A stretch of DNA of 64,000 nucleotides from positions 1 through 64,000 of the IMG/VR virus record IMGVR_UViG_3300020056_002227, one strand, 5' to 3'. Of this stretch, positions 28,035-37,373 are shown piece after piece. Origin of the DNA: a virus. The first letter of the stretch is position 1; each line of letters opens with the position of its first letter. The notes beneath the pieces are model-generated. The model was not told the DNA's origin. It saw only the letters and a program-made list of their open reading frames with translations, and did no database searches. Both the position numbers and the translations under genes were made by a program.

Positions 28035-28744
28035 TTTAATATCCTTTCATCTTCAAAATCGTCTTTCATTTTGGCTTTGTGATCCCTGTGGTAATGAATC
28101 AGACTTGCATCGAAACGTTTTTCAGTTGGGTTCAACCCCAAATGATAGTTAAATTTGACTGGGAGGGGTGAGTGTTTACCTTCGTGCATAATAAATGTGT
28201 TCAAAATACCTTGATCGAAACCACCCATTTGATTTTCAAGTGCAGTTCTTTTCTTATCTCTTTCTTCTATTGTTTTTGTGAATTCAAACATCTTTCTATA
28301 CATTGACCGTGGAAATACTACAACACCAGAATTAATATGACCATATTCGGCAAACCAATTTAGACCAGGTTTATTTTTCCATCGATTTGTCGACATCATC
28401 CACCAGGCAGATATTGCATATGGATTGCAATGTGGGAATAGATTTTCTGCGGTCGTAGTAGCCATAATATCACTATCGATGAAACAAAGATAGTCAAAAT
28501 TATGAAACCATTTGTGAGTGCCTTCATCCATGAATGGTAGAAAGATACCATAGAACGGAGGAATATCATTGGGTAATTTAGAATCGAAAAATTCGTATTC
28601 AGCACCTATTCTCTTTGCATATGCTGAGATGGAAGTGCGAGACATATTATGATACCCAGTACCGGTCTTTACATAAGCACCAGGTCTGGTTTTTCGTAGG
28701 ACTTCTTGCGAGGGATCTCTGTAATATTGATAAATTAAATTCAT
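28031..28744 (-). CDS. GT-A glycosyltransferase (GT8/GT34-like)
   Basis: FIDSDI, INSGVV, DQG, IHY. Confidence 0.75.
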   Translation of the reverse strand: MNLIYQYYRDPSQEVLRKTRPGAYVKTGTGYHNMSRTSISAYAKRIGAEYEFFDSKLPNDIPPFYGIFLPFMDEGTHKWFHNFDYLCFIDSDIMATTTAENLFPHCNPYAISAWWMMSTNRWKNKPGLNWFAEYGHINSGVVVFPRSMYRKMFEFTKTIEERDKKRTALENQMGGFDQGILNTFIMHEGKHSPLPVKFNYHLGLNPTEKRFDASLIHYHRDHKAKMKDDFEDERILK

Positions 28745-28759
28745 AATAAAAAAATTTTG

Positions 28760-28810
28760 TTAGACTAGCAAATCATTATCCACCAACAATAAATCAAAGG
28801 CAGCTGTGAT
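28760..28810 (-). pseudogene. Remnant C-terminus of a homologue of 28857-29708
   Basis: Frame reads ITAAFDLLLVDNDLLV*, versus ISSSFDIILVDNPA* in the upstream gene. Confidence 0.55.
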
Positions 28811-28856
28811 AAATCCATAATATAGTTCTCCAATTATTTCATATATTGTAATCTAT

Positions 28857-29708
28857 TTATGCAGGATTATCTACTAGTATAATATCAAAAGAAGATGAAA
28901 TAACTGAACCAGTATCACCAGTTCCTCTCACTTCAATATCAGTTTTTTCCGGAAAACGTAAGGGAATTGAATAATTCTGAGTAGTATATCCACCTACGAT
29001 ATCAACAATATCCTTTGTTCTAAATGGTGAACCACCATCTAGTTCTCTTGCTTTTAAAGTAACTGTGACAGCATTATTCATTGGTGCTACACCGATGTTC
29101 CAAGTAGTGAGATAACCAGTTTTTCCAGCTGGTATTGTATAAAGTGCAAGTTGAGTTTGACCCAAACCAGTAGTTGTCCCGCTACCAATAACGCCAATAT
29201 CAGCAAGAACTGTACCACCTCCAGACGCTGCGGTGGATATAAGAACATTACCATCATTTGCCGCTAACACCCCAGCGGTTGCAACAAATGCTCTATAAAC
29301 TCTTAGGAATGAAGCAGTAGAAGCTGCACCATTTACAGTAATCGTTTCTTCAATTTCATTAAAATCATTATCTAAACCTAGAACAGTAACCGTGTGAGCA
29401 CCATCGTTGCCAGGGCCATCGTCACTGCTTGCGCTATATGCATAAATTGTACTATCAGAACCAACATCAAGATATTGATAAAGTCCTCCGTGCATCCAAA
29501 TAGTTTCTGGTATATTTCCTACATTTGGATTTCTACCAAACTTATGTATTGCACTATACCCATCAACGAGTCCAGCTGCAATAGGAATATTCGATGCAAC
29601 ACCAAACGAATTGATAAGATTACCATCTTTATCTGCCAGCAAAAATGCTTCAAATAAAGTTTTATTATCTTGTAGATAAGCTTGGTTGTTTTTATTCCAA
29701 ATAGCCAT
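28857..29708 (-). CDS. Probable virion structural protein
   Basis: HKFGRN..ETIW, YTIPAGKTGYL, EKTDIEVR; G/T/S/A-rich beta protein. Confidence 0.7.
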   Translation of the reverse strand: MAIWNKNNQAYLQDNKTLFEAFLLADKDGNLINSFGVASNIPIAAGLVDGYSAIHKFGRNPNVGNIPETIWMHGGLYQYLDVGSDSTIYAYSASSDDGPGNDGAHTVTVLGLDNDFNEIEETITVNGAASTASFLRVYRAFVATAGVLAANDGNVLISTAASGGGTVLADIGVIGSGTTTGLGQTQLALYTIPAGKTGYLTTWNIGVAPMNNAVTVTLKARELDGGSPFRTKDIVDIVGGYTTQNYSIPLRFPEKTDIEVRGTGDTGSVISSSFDIILVDNPA

Positions 29709-30944
29709 TTACTTTTGCCAGCCTTTAATGTATTCTGTTGAGAAATTGGCCTTACTGAATTCGAGTCGATCAACCAATTTGAGAGAACCTTTACCCAAAT
29801 GATCGATTGCAACAAACCCTTCTTGACCAGTTGCTACAAATCCTGTTTTGGTTTTAAGTAAAGTGGTTAGACCTTCAACGGTATTAAGTTTATTGATTAC
29901 CATGTGCTTTGCATCGACCATTAGATTATATAGGGTGAACACTTTTTCAAGTTCTTTCAGATTGCGCTTGGTAAAAATGGAAAGCGCTGCATCTCGTGCT
30001 TTAATTTGTGTATCTTTCCCTCGCTGTGATTTTTTACTGTCGATTTGAGCTTGATAGTAATCTTCAAGTTCTCGTTGAAGTTCGATGACAAATCCTGCGG
30101 CATCCCCGATGCGGGTTCCCTCGCGGACTTTCTTATTAATAAAGACATTCAATCTCGCATTTAGTGGATCAACACTCAAACTGTTCAACACTTTGGCATT
30201 AATCGTTCTAAACAATCTACCTGCCTGAGAGAGAAGTTCTGTCAATTCTGCTGTTTCTTGTTTTGTAAATGTAGCTGTACCAGCACGATCTTCGAAAGTA
30301 GCATCTACTGCCCAGACGGAGGATGTTGCTTTGAGACCTGGGACAATCTTCTTTCCAAAACTTGCTTGCATTGATTCAAAGTCTGCTCCTCGGTATGTTG
30401 TGTGCCAAACCACACCGATTTTGGATCTTTTGATTTGACGAGCAAGTTCGCTTTTTGCTGGTATCGCGTAAACAATCGTATTAGGATGGAAAGTAATATA
30501 CGATTCTCCATCAATAGTTTCCGTTTGTAAATCTTCTGACGTATAGAGGAAATCACCTTGTATTACTCCTTCACTAATTCCGAGTTTCGAAAACTCAGCA
30601 AGGGCGACCTTGAATTTAGCATTCAGATCACCCGACAAATCATTATCAATCTCTGCGTCTGTCTTATAAATTTTTGGATTTTTATTGAACACACCTTTCT
30701 TTGCAACAAAGAATTTCCCATCAGTAGGATCAATTCCAGCAAAGATAGCCGGAGCTCCATCCCATTTGACGGTAACCGTTACAGGTGCAGAAGCATTACC
30801 TGACAGCATATCGCGTAATGCACGTAAATGGTTAATGACGTTTCGAGTTCCCTTTACTCCGCCATCAATAACTGAGTCTTCAAGGTGCGTCATATGCAGG
30901 TTCTTGCCTGCAGCTTCTTCTAGGTATTTTTTAAATCGTATCAT
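29709..30944 (-). CDS. Conserved T4-like protein (DUF6267-like) with ligase-type motifs
   Basis: KNLHMTHLED, TVKWDGAPA, QGDFLY, QEGFV, LKLVDRLEFS. Confidence 0.75.
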   Translation of the reverse strand: MIRFKKYLEEAAGKNLHMTHLEDSVIDGGVKGTRNVINHLRALRDMLSGNASAPVTVTVKWDGAPAIFAGIDPTDGKFFVAKKGVFNKNPKIYKTDAEIDNDLSGDLNAKFKVALAEFSKLGISEGVIQGDFLYTSEDLQTETIDGESYITFHPNTIVYAIPAKSELARQIKRSKIGVVWHTTYRGADFESMQASFGKKIVPGLKATSSVWAVDATFEDRAGTATFTKQETAELTELLSQAGRLFRTINAKVLNSLSVDPLNARLNVFINKKVREGTRIGDAAGFVIELQRELEDYYQAQIDSKKSQRGKDTQIKARDAALSIFTKRNLKELEKVFTLYNLMVDAKHMVINKLNTVEGLTTLLKTKTGFVATGQEGFVAIDHLGKGSLKLVDRLEFSKANFSTEYIKGWQK

Positions 30945-31948
30945 ATCTTTTTACTTGTACGAGAAAGTTTTGCCTTAGGGAATATACCTACTCTAGCATT
31001 CTTTACAACCTGTCCTGCGGCTCTTGCATCACCGCGTCGAGCTTGATATCGAATAAAGAAATAAGCCTCGAATTCACCCTTGGGGAAATCACCATTGGTT
31101 CCCTTGTGGGTAGAAGTAATCTTATAAGGTCCAGCACCGGTTCCAACGAGAGACATATTACCTAGATGAAATTCATCTACATTACTAATACTTGGTGCAC
31201 CACCATATTCGGGGCCATAAATTGCTTCAAAAACAAGTTGCTTATCTTTAATCTTGCGGTAGAAAGAGTCACCCGATTGAAGACCATTTGGTCTGACTGC
31301 AGCCACATCTTTCATAAAGCTCTCGACGTCTCTATTTCTTGCATATCTCTTAGATGAAAGACCACCGTACTGTTGGTAATCTTTTGCAGTTCTTCCAGCC
31401 TTGTGTGAGATATATGCCTGTGGGTCACCTTGAACATTGACAAGGGTAAAATCTGATTTAGGTTCTTTACGTTCGAATTTACCAGTGGTACTTGCCAGAT
31501 GAGCAGCATCCACGATACGACCATTGATTTCGATTTGAATGGAAGGTAGATTCTCTTTTGCAAGAATGGATGCTAGTTTCTCGTTGAAATCTGCTCTGGC
31601 CAATTCTTCTGCACTAGTACCAGATCCAACACCTTTACCACCAAATGATGGGGTCTTTAAAAAGTCCTTTGGTATAACCAGAGGACCTCGGTTGGTATTG
31701 ACAGTAAGACTAGATTTATTGGCAGGAAATTTGCCGTCATCCTTTGTCATGAAGTCTGTCACATCTTGAAGTTCTGTGACATCAATAATGACCTCTCCAT
31801 TATTCACCGTAGCAAAAGGTGACGCAGTAGCTACCTTTTTGATAAAATTTTTAGGACGATTTTCATCTTTTCTCAGGTCAGGTATGGTCAATTTACGGTA
31901 TGGTATTGCCGATTCTATGAGCTGAGAAAACCTTTTGAAGCCGAACAT
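30941..31948 (-). CDS. Putative PD-(D/E)xK endonuclease
   Basis: E...EPKSDF...YISHK...FQQ-like YQQYGG. Confidence 0.55.
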   Translation of the reverse strand: MFGFKRFSQLIESAIPYRKLTIPDLRKDENRPKNFIKKVATASPFATVNNGEVIIDVTELQDVTDFMTKDDGKFPANKSSLTVNTNRGPLVIPKDFLKTPSFGGKGVGSGTSAEELARADFNEKLASILAKENLPSIQIEINGRIVDAAHLASTTGKFERKEPKSDFTLVNVQGDPQAYISHKAGRTAKDYQQYGGLSSKRYARNRDVESFMKDVAAVRPNGLQSGDSFYRKIKDKQLVFEAIYGPEYGGAPSISNVDEFHLGNMSLVGTGAGPYKITSTHKGTNGDFPKGEFEAYFFIRYQARRGDARAAGQVVKNARVGIFPKAKLSRTSKKI

Positions 31949-31985
31949 CAGATAATCCTATTATTGTATAGATGGGAGTCTCATC

Positions 31986-31993
31986 TATTTATA
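31986..31993 (-). promoter_or_regulatory. T4-type late promoter
   Basis: TATAAATA upstream of 31948. Confidence 0.75.
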
Positions 31994-31999
31994 ATCATT

Positions 32000-33448
32000 T
32001 TATCTCAATTGAACGGAATCGTCAAATACACTGCGGCGCTTTTTACCTCTCAAGGTCGAACCAATATCAGTCTTATCGAATACGGGAGTATCATCATCTC
32101 GTCGACTTGATCCACCCGACTGACCACCACCATTACCATCAATGTTGATATTCTGTTGCGCGCTTTCTTCTAGGTCATAAATTTTCATTTTAGAACGATC
32201 AATACCAACAAGGAATCTGCGATAATAACTCAAATCACCCCATCGATTCTTGAGTTGTTTTAGCATCACCTGACCGAGCTCATCAAGGTGCTCAGAAGTT
32301 ATGATTCCAAGAATGCAATCAGCAGTGTGAGTGATACCCATAGACTCAGAGGTATTGGTGAGATCCACATCAGAGTTGCCGTAGCCGTCACGATTAAACT
32401 GAGAACTAGTAACAACGGCACAATTAAATTCCATAGCGAGACCACGTATTTCCTCCGCAATTGATTTGACAAGTGTGTATGAATTGGCAGCTGCAGCGCC
32501 ACGGACACGAGAGGATGCACAGATGTTGAGGTAATCAACAAACACCACGTCAGGTACAAAGCCCTTCTTCATTCGTAATTCATTTAGAAGATGCCGAAAA
32601 TGACCAGCATGTGCCGATCCAGTCGGATATTCCTTAATCACCAGTTTACCCGGTGTCTTGGTCTTATATCGACCCATTCTTTTTTCATAAACGTCTCGTG
32701 GACACTCACCAAGTTCATCTAGTGTGATATCCATGATATTGGCATCAATACGTCTACCAATTTCTTCTTCAGCCATTTCCATGGTGATATACAACACATT
32801 CTTGCCATACATCAAATGGTTGGCTGCAAAGTGACATTTCAAAAGAGATTTACCACCACCAGTAGTGGCAAGTAGTACAGTCATTGATTTCCGAGGTAGC
32901 CCACCCTTGGTGATCTTGTTCAAAATATCGATATCAAACGGAATTCTTTCTTCCTTTCGATGATAGTATTCATATCGATCTTCAAACTCTTCAAGGAAGT
33001 CGTGACCAACACTAGAATCAAAGTTGATTCCTAGCGAATCAGATAAGATTTTTGGTATCGATCCCTTATCGTTTTCTTTATCTTGGCCATCAAGAATCAG
33101 AATCGCCTTACGGATTGAATTGTATAGGTCTTTATCTTGGCAAAATTTCTCTGTTTCAGCAATCAAAAATTCATTGCTGGTATCCTTGTCGACCTCTAAT
33201 TGATCGACAGCTTGCATTACATTCGTATAAGTGTCTTCGTTTAAATCTTTTCTTTTATCGATGCTGAGTTTAAGAGCCTCCACTGAGGGAGGCTCCTTGT
33301 ATTGCTCAACATAATCAACAAACGTTGAAAAGATTTTTTGAAGAGAGATTTCGTCGAAATAATCTTCCTTAATATAGGGATATACCTTACGGTAGTAGTC
33401 CCCATTAAGAATCAAATTCGACAGTATCGTCTTCTCTAACATCCTCAA
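32000..33448 (-). CDS. Replicative DNA helicase (gp41)
   Basis: ATTGGGKS, YITMEMAEE, IKEYPTG, VDYLNIC, SESMG, KQLKNR. Confidence 0.95.
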   Translation of the reverse strand: MRMLEKTILSNLILNGDYYRKVYPYIKEDYFDEISLQKIFSTFVDYVEQYKEPPSVEALKLSIDKRKDLNEDTYTNVMQAVDQLEVDKDTSNEFLIAETEKFCQDKDLYNSIRKAILILDGQDKENDKGSIPKILSDSLGINFDSSVGHDFLEEFEDRYEYYHRKEERIPFDIDILNKITKGGLPRKSMTVLLATTGGGKSLLKCHFAANHLMYGKNVLYITMEMAEEEIGRRIDANIMDITLDELGECPRDVYEKRMGRYKTKTPGKLVIKEYPTGSAHAGHFRHLLNELRMKKGFVPDVVFVDYLNICASSRVRGAAAANSYTLVKSIAEEIRGLAMEFNCAVVTSSQFNRDGYGNSDVDLTNTSESMGITHTADCILGIITSEHLDELGQVMLKQLKNRWGDLSYYRRFLVGIDRSKMKIYDLEESAQQNINIDGNGGGQSGGSSRRDDDTPVFDKTDIGSTLRGKKRRSVFDDSVQLR

Positions 33449-34469
33449 CCTCGTCAGCCATTAGTAGTTTAAATTTACGTTCAACGAATTCATTGAATCG
33501 GGGATCCGCAACCAGACCTTCGAAAAATTCATCATCAGTCTCAATGTCTTTAGCGCGTTTCTTAGGTTCAATGATTTCACCAGTATCCATATCTACCTTA
33601 TTATACCATCCTTGATTGGCCTTTGTCAAGTGCCCAGATTCAAGTGCGAGATCAAAAAGGGAAGACCATTTCTGAATGCCGGTATCGTATAGTACCTTGA
33701 ATGGAAGTTTTGATTTCTCTTTTACATAGCGAGATTTTTCAATGTTGATCGTAAATTTAAATCCAGCAAGGTCGGTACCATCTTTCTCTTGTGCCTTTGA
33801 GATAATAAAAATCTGATTGGCAGAATAGTAGATGCCCGTACCACCGGATACGATATTTTTCGGGAACAAGCCAATCTCTTTATAGGTATGATTGATTGCA
33901 ACCAATGGAATGTCTTTTCCGGTAAGTTTGGGTGTGACGATGCGGAAGAGTGATTTCAATTGTTTTGCCCGAGACATATCGGCAACTGATTTCTCATTTT
34001 CAGCATCTTCGACCTCTTTACGAGAAGCAAGGTTACCGACAGAGTCGATCATAATAAAAACTTTATCACCCTTATCAATCTCGTTCAATCGCTTAGTCAA
34101 ATCAAATTTGAGTTGTTCAACGTCTTCGATTGGGATGTGTAGAACACGATTTGTATCGATGCCGATTCCTTCTAGGTATTCAGGTGTAATACCATATTCA
34201 GAATCATACAGCATCGCAATGCCGTCATCGTATTTCTTTAGATATGCTTTCATGCAATAGAGTGACAAAAGAGTTTTGAAACTCTTTGATTCACCAGCAA
34301 TCACGGTCAAACCAGGGATCAGACCACCCTTGAGTGAACCACTGAAAGCAATATTCACAATTGGCAACTCTGTCTGGATAGGATCTTTCTCATTGAAGAA
34401 TGTGCTCTTCGACAAGATAGATGAACCCTTGACAGAACCTGCCTTGAGCATTTTATCAAGCAGACTCAT
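33405..34469 (-). CDS. uvsX: RecA-like recombinase
   Basis: GESKSFKT, YDSE, IDSVGNLAS, DMSRAK, SGGTG. Confidence 0.95.
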   Translation of the reverse strand: MSLLDKMLKAGSVKGSSILSKSTFFNEKDPIQTELPIVNIAFSGSLKGGLIPGLTVIAGESKSFKTLLSLYCMKAYLKKYDDGIAMLYDSEYGITPEYLEGIGIDTNRVLHIPIEDVEQLKFDLTKRLNEIDKGDKVFIMIDSVGNLASRKEVEDAENEKSVADMSRAKQLKSLFRIVTPKLTGKDIPLVAINHTYKEIGLFPKNIVSGGTGIYYSANQIFIISKAQEKDGTDLAGFKFTINIEKSRYVKEKSKLPFKVLYDTGIQKWSSLFDLALESGHLTKANQGWYNKVDMDTGEIIEPKKRAKDIETDDEFFEGLVADPRFNEFVERKFKLLMADEVEDVREDDTVEFDS

Positions 34470-34470
34470 A

Positions 34471-34749
34471 TTATTCTCCCTTCAGAATTTGATATAGCTT
34501 ATCTGCAAAGGCATCAAGTTTATCATAACGGTCAGGCCAATAGATATAATCTTTCTCGGGATTAGCCTTAAGATTATTCAGCAGAGGCATGACGGCATCA
34601 TAGATAAGTTGAGCTTTGGCTGCATTCGATTCAGCAGATGCACTGGTTGATTCAGCGACTGCTTTTGCCTCACGAACTACATCGAGTTCATCAGCATCGA
34701 CTGCGGTAAAGCCAAAATCAAAATCAAGTATAGTTTCTTGTTTATCCAT
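34471..34749 (-). CDS. Conserved hypothetical protein
   Basis: FDFGFTAVD..PLLNNLKANPEKDYIYWP.R. Confidence 0.8.
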   Translation of the reverse strand: MDKQETILDFDFGFTAVDADELDVVREAKAVAESTSASAESNAAKAQLIYDAVMPLLNNLKANPEKDYIYWPDRYDKLDAFADKLYQILKGE

Positions 34750-34770
34750 ACGGATCTCCGTTATTGATGT

Positions 34771-34788
34771 GGGGGCCCGAAGACCCCC
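34771..34788 (-). terminator. cUUCGg hairpin after gp32
   Basis: GGGGGUC-UUCG-GGCCCCC; no clear U-tract. Confidence 0.55.
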
Positions 34789-34803
34789 GACGAATTAGTT
34801 ATC

Positions 34804-35733
34804 TTATCCTCGTGCAAGTTCTTTAAAGATAGACAGGTCGTCGTCATCATCAGTAACAGAGTTATCTTCAGAAACAGCAGGAGCTTCTGCAAAGGTAGGC
34901 TCTGGAGCCACTTGAGCAAAAGATTTGCCTAGATCAAGATCATCTGATTCTTCCATGGGTGAAGCCGCAACCGGTTCATCTGCGGTGAGATCAAGTACTC
35001 GGTAGAGCTTGGTCTTCAATTCAGCATATGATTTGAAGTTCTTAGGATCAATCACTTCATTAAGAGAGTGCTCTTGAGTCCATACGCTTTCCATTTCAGA
35101 GTCGTCATCAAAGAGAGGTGCCGGAGCATCAAACTCAGATTTGTCATAGTTGGGGTAACCTTCGAACTGTCGAATCTTCAGTCGGAAGTTTGCACCCTCC
35201 CATAGATCAAAAGGATTTACGGGATCTTCATCTTCGAAGCTAGGATTCATCAAATCATTCAGCTTGTCGAAAATCTTCTTGCCGAACTGATAAAGGAATA
35301 CCTTGCCTTCGTTTTCGGGATTCGCAGAATCCTTTACAACGTAGATGTTGGAGATATACTTGAGTCGACGCTTCTGCTTACGAGCCTGTTCTTTGTCAGC
35401 CTCGACACCAGAATTCCAGAGTTTAGAGTTGAACTCAGATACTGGATCATCTTGGTTGAGAGTGGTCAGAGAGTTTTCGATATACCAAAGACCAGTGGGG
35501 CCTTGGAAACCGTGATCCCAAATTCGCACGAACGGCATTTCTTCACCGGAAGGTGCGGGCAGGAAACGAATGATTGCGAAACCATTGCCAGCCTTGTCCT
35601 TCGTAGGCTTCCAAAATTTGCCTTCGTTTGGATCGGAGTAAGTCTTAGATGAGATTTTTTCAAGCTGCTGATTGAGCTTGTCGAGTGATTTACTGCGGTT
35701 CTTTTTGAGCGCTGCAAAATCTGTAGGTGCCAT
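34804..35733 (-). CDS. Single-stranded DNA-binding protein (gp32)
   Basis: GNGFAIIRFLP, WYIENSLTT, GKKIFDK, NYDKSEF, acidic tail; AAGGAG RBS. Confidence 0.95.
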   Translation of the reverse strand: MAPTDFAALKKNRSKSLDKLNQQLEKISSKTYSDPNEGKFWKPTKDKAGNGFAIIRFLPAPSGEEMPFVRIWDHGFQGPTGLWYIENSLTTLNQDDPVSEFNSKLWNSGVEADKEQARKQKRRLKYISNIYVVKDSANPENEGKVFLYQFGKKIFDKLNDLMNPSFEDEDPVNPFDLWEGANFRLKIRQFEGYPNYDKSEFDAPAPLFDDDSEMESVWTQEHSLNEVIDPKNFKSYAELKTKLYRVLDLTADEPVAASPMEESDDLDLGKSFAQVAPEPTFAEAPAVSEDNSVTDDDDDLSIFKELARG

Positions 35734-35777
35734 ATTAGTTTCTCCTTGTATAGCGTTATATGTGCGATGTATTATCA

Positions 35778-36380
35778 TCAACCAAAATGTTCGCGGACAA
35801 TGTCTTTGAACTTCTTTTCATCAATTACTAGAAAGGGTCTGTACTTTCTAGCAGTTCTTATTATATCACGCGAGACTATTTTGTCAACCAATTTTTTATC
35901 CCAATAATCAAAAATATTTGCAAAGTGAACCAGAAGAGTAAAAGTCTCTAATGAGATCTGCTTTCGCAAATATGTAGTCATCACAATTGGATGTTGGCCA
36001 TCGTGTGATACAAAGTTTGCCTGATAACTATCATCAAGCAATTTTAGATCGGATTTGAACGTATAGGAAAGTGATTCCTGCTTCTTTTTCCAATCTGTAT
36101 ACACCCGTTCACCTTCGTGTTCGAGTATATCTTTCACCCAAATGTTAGGTTTGACTAACATATTGGATAGAATTCTATTTATATAGTCTTCTTTCTGTGC
36201 TAATTTCGCAAAGAAAAATGCATCATTTCGGGCTCTAAAGGAATCCATAGATGCTCTGACCTTACCGTTATACTTATGGTAGTCATACCCATCTGTGGTA
36301 AAATGTTTCTTTAAAGCAAGATATTTTACATACGCCTCAAATGAGGTCTCATTCACATAAGTCGGTGATGTTGGGCTCAT
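35778..36380 (-). CDS. Helicase loader (gp59)
   Basis: YLALKKHFT..YDY.KYNGK; ISLETF; position next to gp32. Confidence 0.9.
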   Translation of the reverse strand: MSPTSPTYVNETSFEAYVKYLALKKHFTTDGYDYHKYNGKVRASMDSFRARNDAFFFAKLAQKEDYINRILSNMLVKPNIWVKDILEHEGERVYTDWKKKQESLSYTFKSDLKLLDDSYQANFVSHDGQHPIVMTTYLRKQISLETFTLLVHFANIFDYWDKKLVDKIVSRDIIRTARKYRPFLVIDEKKFKDIVREHFG

Positions 36381-36591
36381 CTCGTTTCACCATTTTCAAA
36401 TCTACTGCTTCAGTTCGTACTTTCTCTTTTAAGATAGAGGATTTCTTAACGATATCTGCGATTGACTCAATCTCTAGGTTGTTCTTTTCTGCGTAATGAA
36501 CTAGTGCATCAATGTAAGGTACACCATCAGCAATCATCTTAGATATTTCGTGGTGAATTTTTTCGGGCGTCATTTTCACGACAGACATCAA
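36349..36591 (-). CDS. Late transcription coactivator (gp33)
   Basis: YIDALVHYAEKNNLEIE..LKEKV..EA. Confidence 0.85.
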   Translation of the reverse strand: MMSVVKMTPEKIHHEISKMIADGVPYIDALVHYAEKNNLEIESIADIVKKSSILKEKVRTEAVDLKMVKRDEPNITDLCE

Positions 36592-36616
36592 AACCTCCTA
36601 TAGTAAATGAATGATT

Positions 36617-36711
36617 ATTATATCAGGTTTTATGGCATTTGTCAACCATAAAAAACGGCCTGACCAAACGATCAGACCGTTCATTATAATACATTACCCG
36701 TATTATGTCAA
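36617..36711 (-). promoter_or_regulatory. Tandem sigma70 promoters flanking a terminator hairpin
   Basis: TTGACA-N17-TATAAT at 36711-36683 and 36645-36617; hairpin AACGGTCTGATC-GTTT-GGTCAGGCCGTT plus T-run at 36681-36651. Confidence 0.8.
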
Positions 36712-36717
36712 CCTATA

Positions 36718-36966
36718 TTATACAGTAGAAGTGTCTGTACACAGATCCACAATAATAGGTCGATCAACGTCGATGATCTTGTGTCTACCTACAACAGGCT
36801 CACAAATCTCGACATTGTGTTGCACCATAGGGATGGCATGCAAGCCTGGCATCAACTTACTGTAGTATGATGGATTCATAAGTGGGATTACAAGACCTGC
36901 AAAAGAGGCTATAATCATCACAGCAATAATGAAGGCAGTAACTCTCTCTTCAGTTTTGCTTGTCAT
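36718..36966 (-). CDS. Small membrane-anchored protein
   Basis: TM segment near the N-terminus, two Cys. Confidence 0.6.
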   Translation of the reverse strand: MTSKTEERVTAFIIAVMIIASFAGLVIPLMNPSYYSKLMPGLHAIPMVQHNVEICEPVVGRHKIIDVDRPIIVDLCTDTSTV

Positions 36967-36969
36967 TTT

Positions 36970-37194
36970 TTAGATCTCCACCTTCTCGCCCGTACTGGGG
37001 TCAGTAACAGTGTAACCAGCTTCGGCCCACTCTTGGAGGGTTCGACACTTACGTGTCATCAAAGATCCAGTACCGATTTGGATCTTAACTTTGGCGCAAT
37101 ATTCACCTTCTTCATTGATTGTCGCACGATAATCGTCAACAGCAAACGCAGAAGGAGCAATAAGCACACAGCACAATGCAATAAACCTTTTCAT
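36970..37194 (-). CDS. Small secreted protein
   Basis: Signal peptide ending SAFA; YCAK..RKCRT; AAGGAG RBS. Confidence 0.75.
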   Translation of the reverse strand: MKRFIALCCVLIAPSAFAVDDYRATINEEGEYCAKVKIQIGTGSLMTRKCRTLQEWAEAGYTVTDPSTGEKVEI

Positions 37195-37348
37195 GGTTTC
37201 GGCTCCTTAAAATATATTTTGGGGGACTTGAGTGTGAAGAAAAGTAACATTTTACCTCTTTTCACGGTAATATATATACCCGTTCTAAGAGGTTAGTTCA
37301 TATTTTTTTCATTTATTTTTCTCATATAATATATTCCCAGTAGGAATA

Positions 37349-37369
37349 ATGGGGGCATTGCACCCCCAT
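37349..37369 (-). terminator. Hairpin/terminator
   Basis: AUGGGGGU-GCAA-UGCCCCCAU then UAUU. Confidence 0.6.
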
Positions 37370-37373
37370 GAGT

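Noticed and set aside
37195-37300. Imperfect hairpin leader (GUGAAAAGAGGUAA/UUACUUUUCUUCAC) before the 36970-37194 gene as a riboswitch
   Set aside because: Single AU-rich hairpin with no recognisable aptamer features; insufficient support
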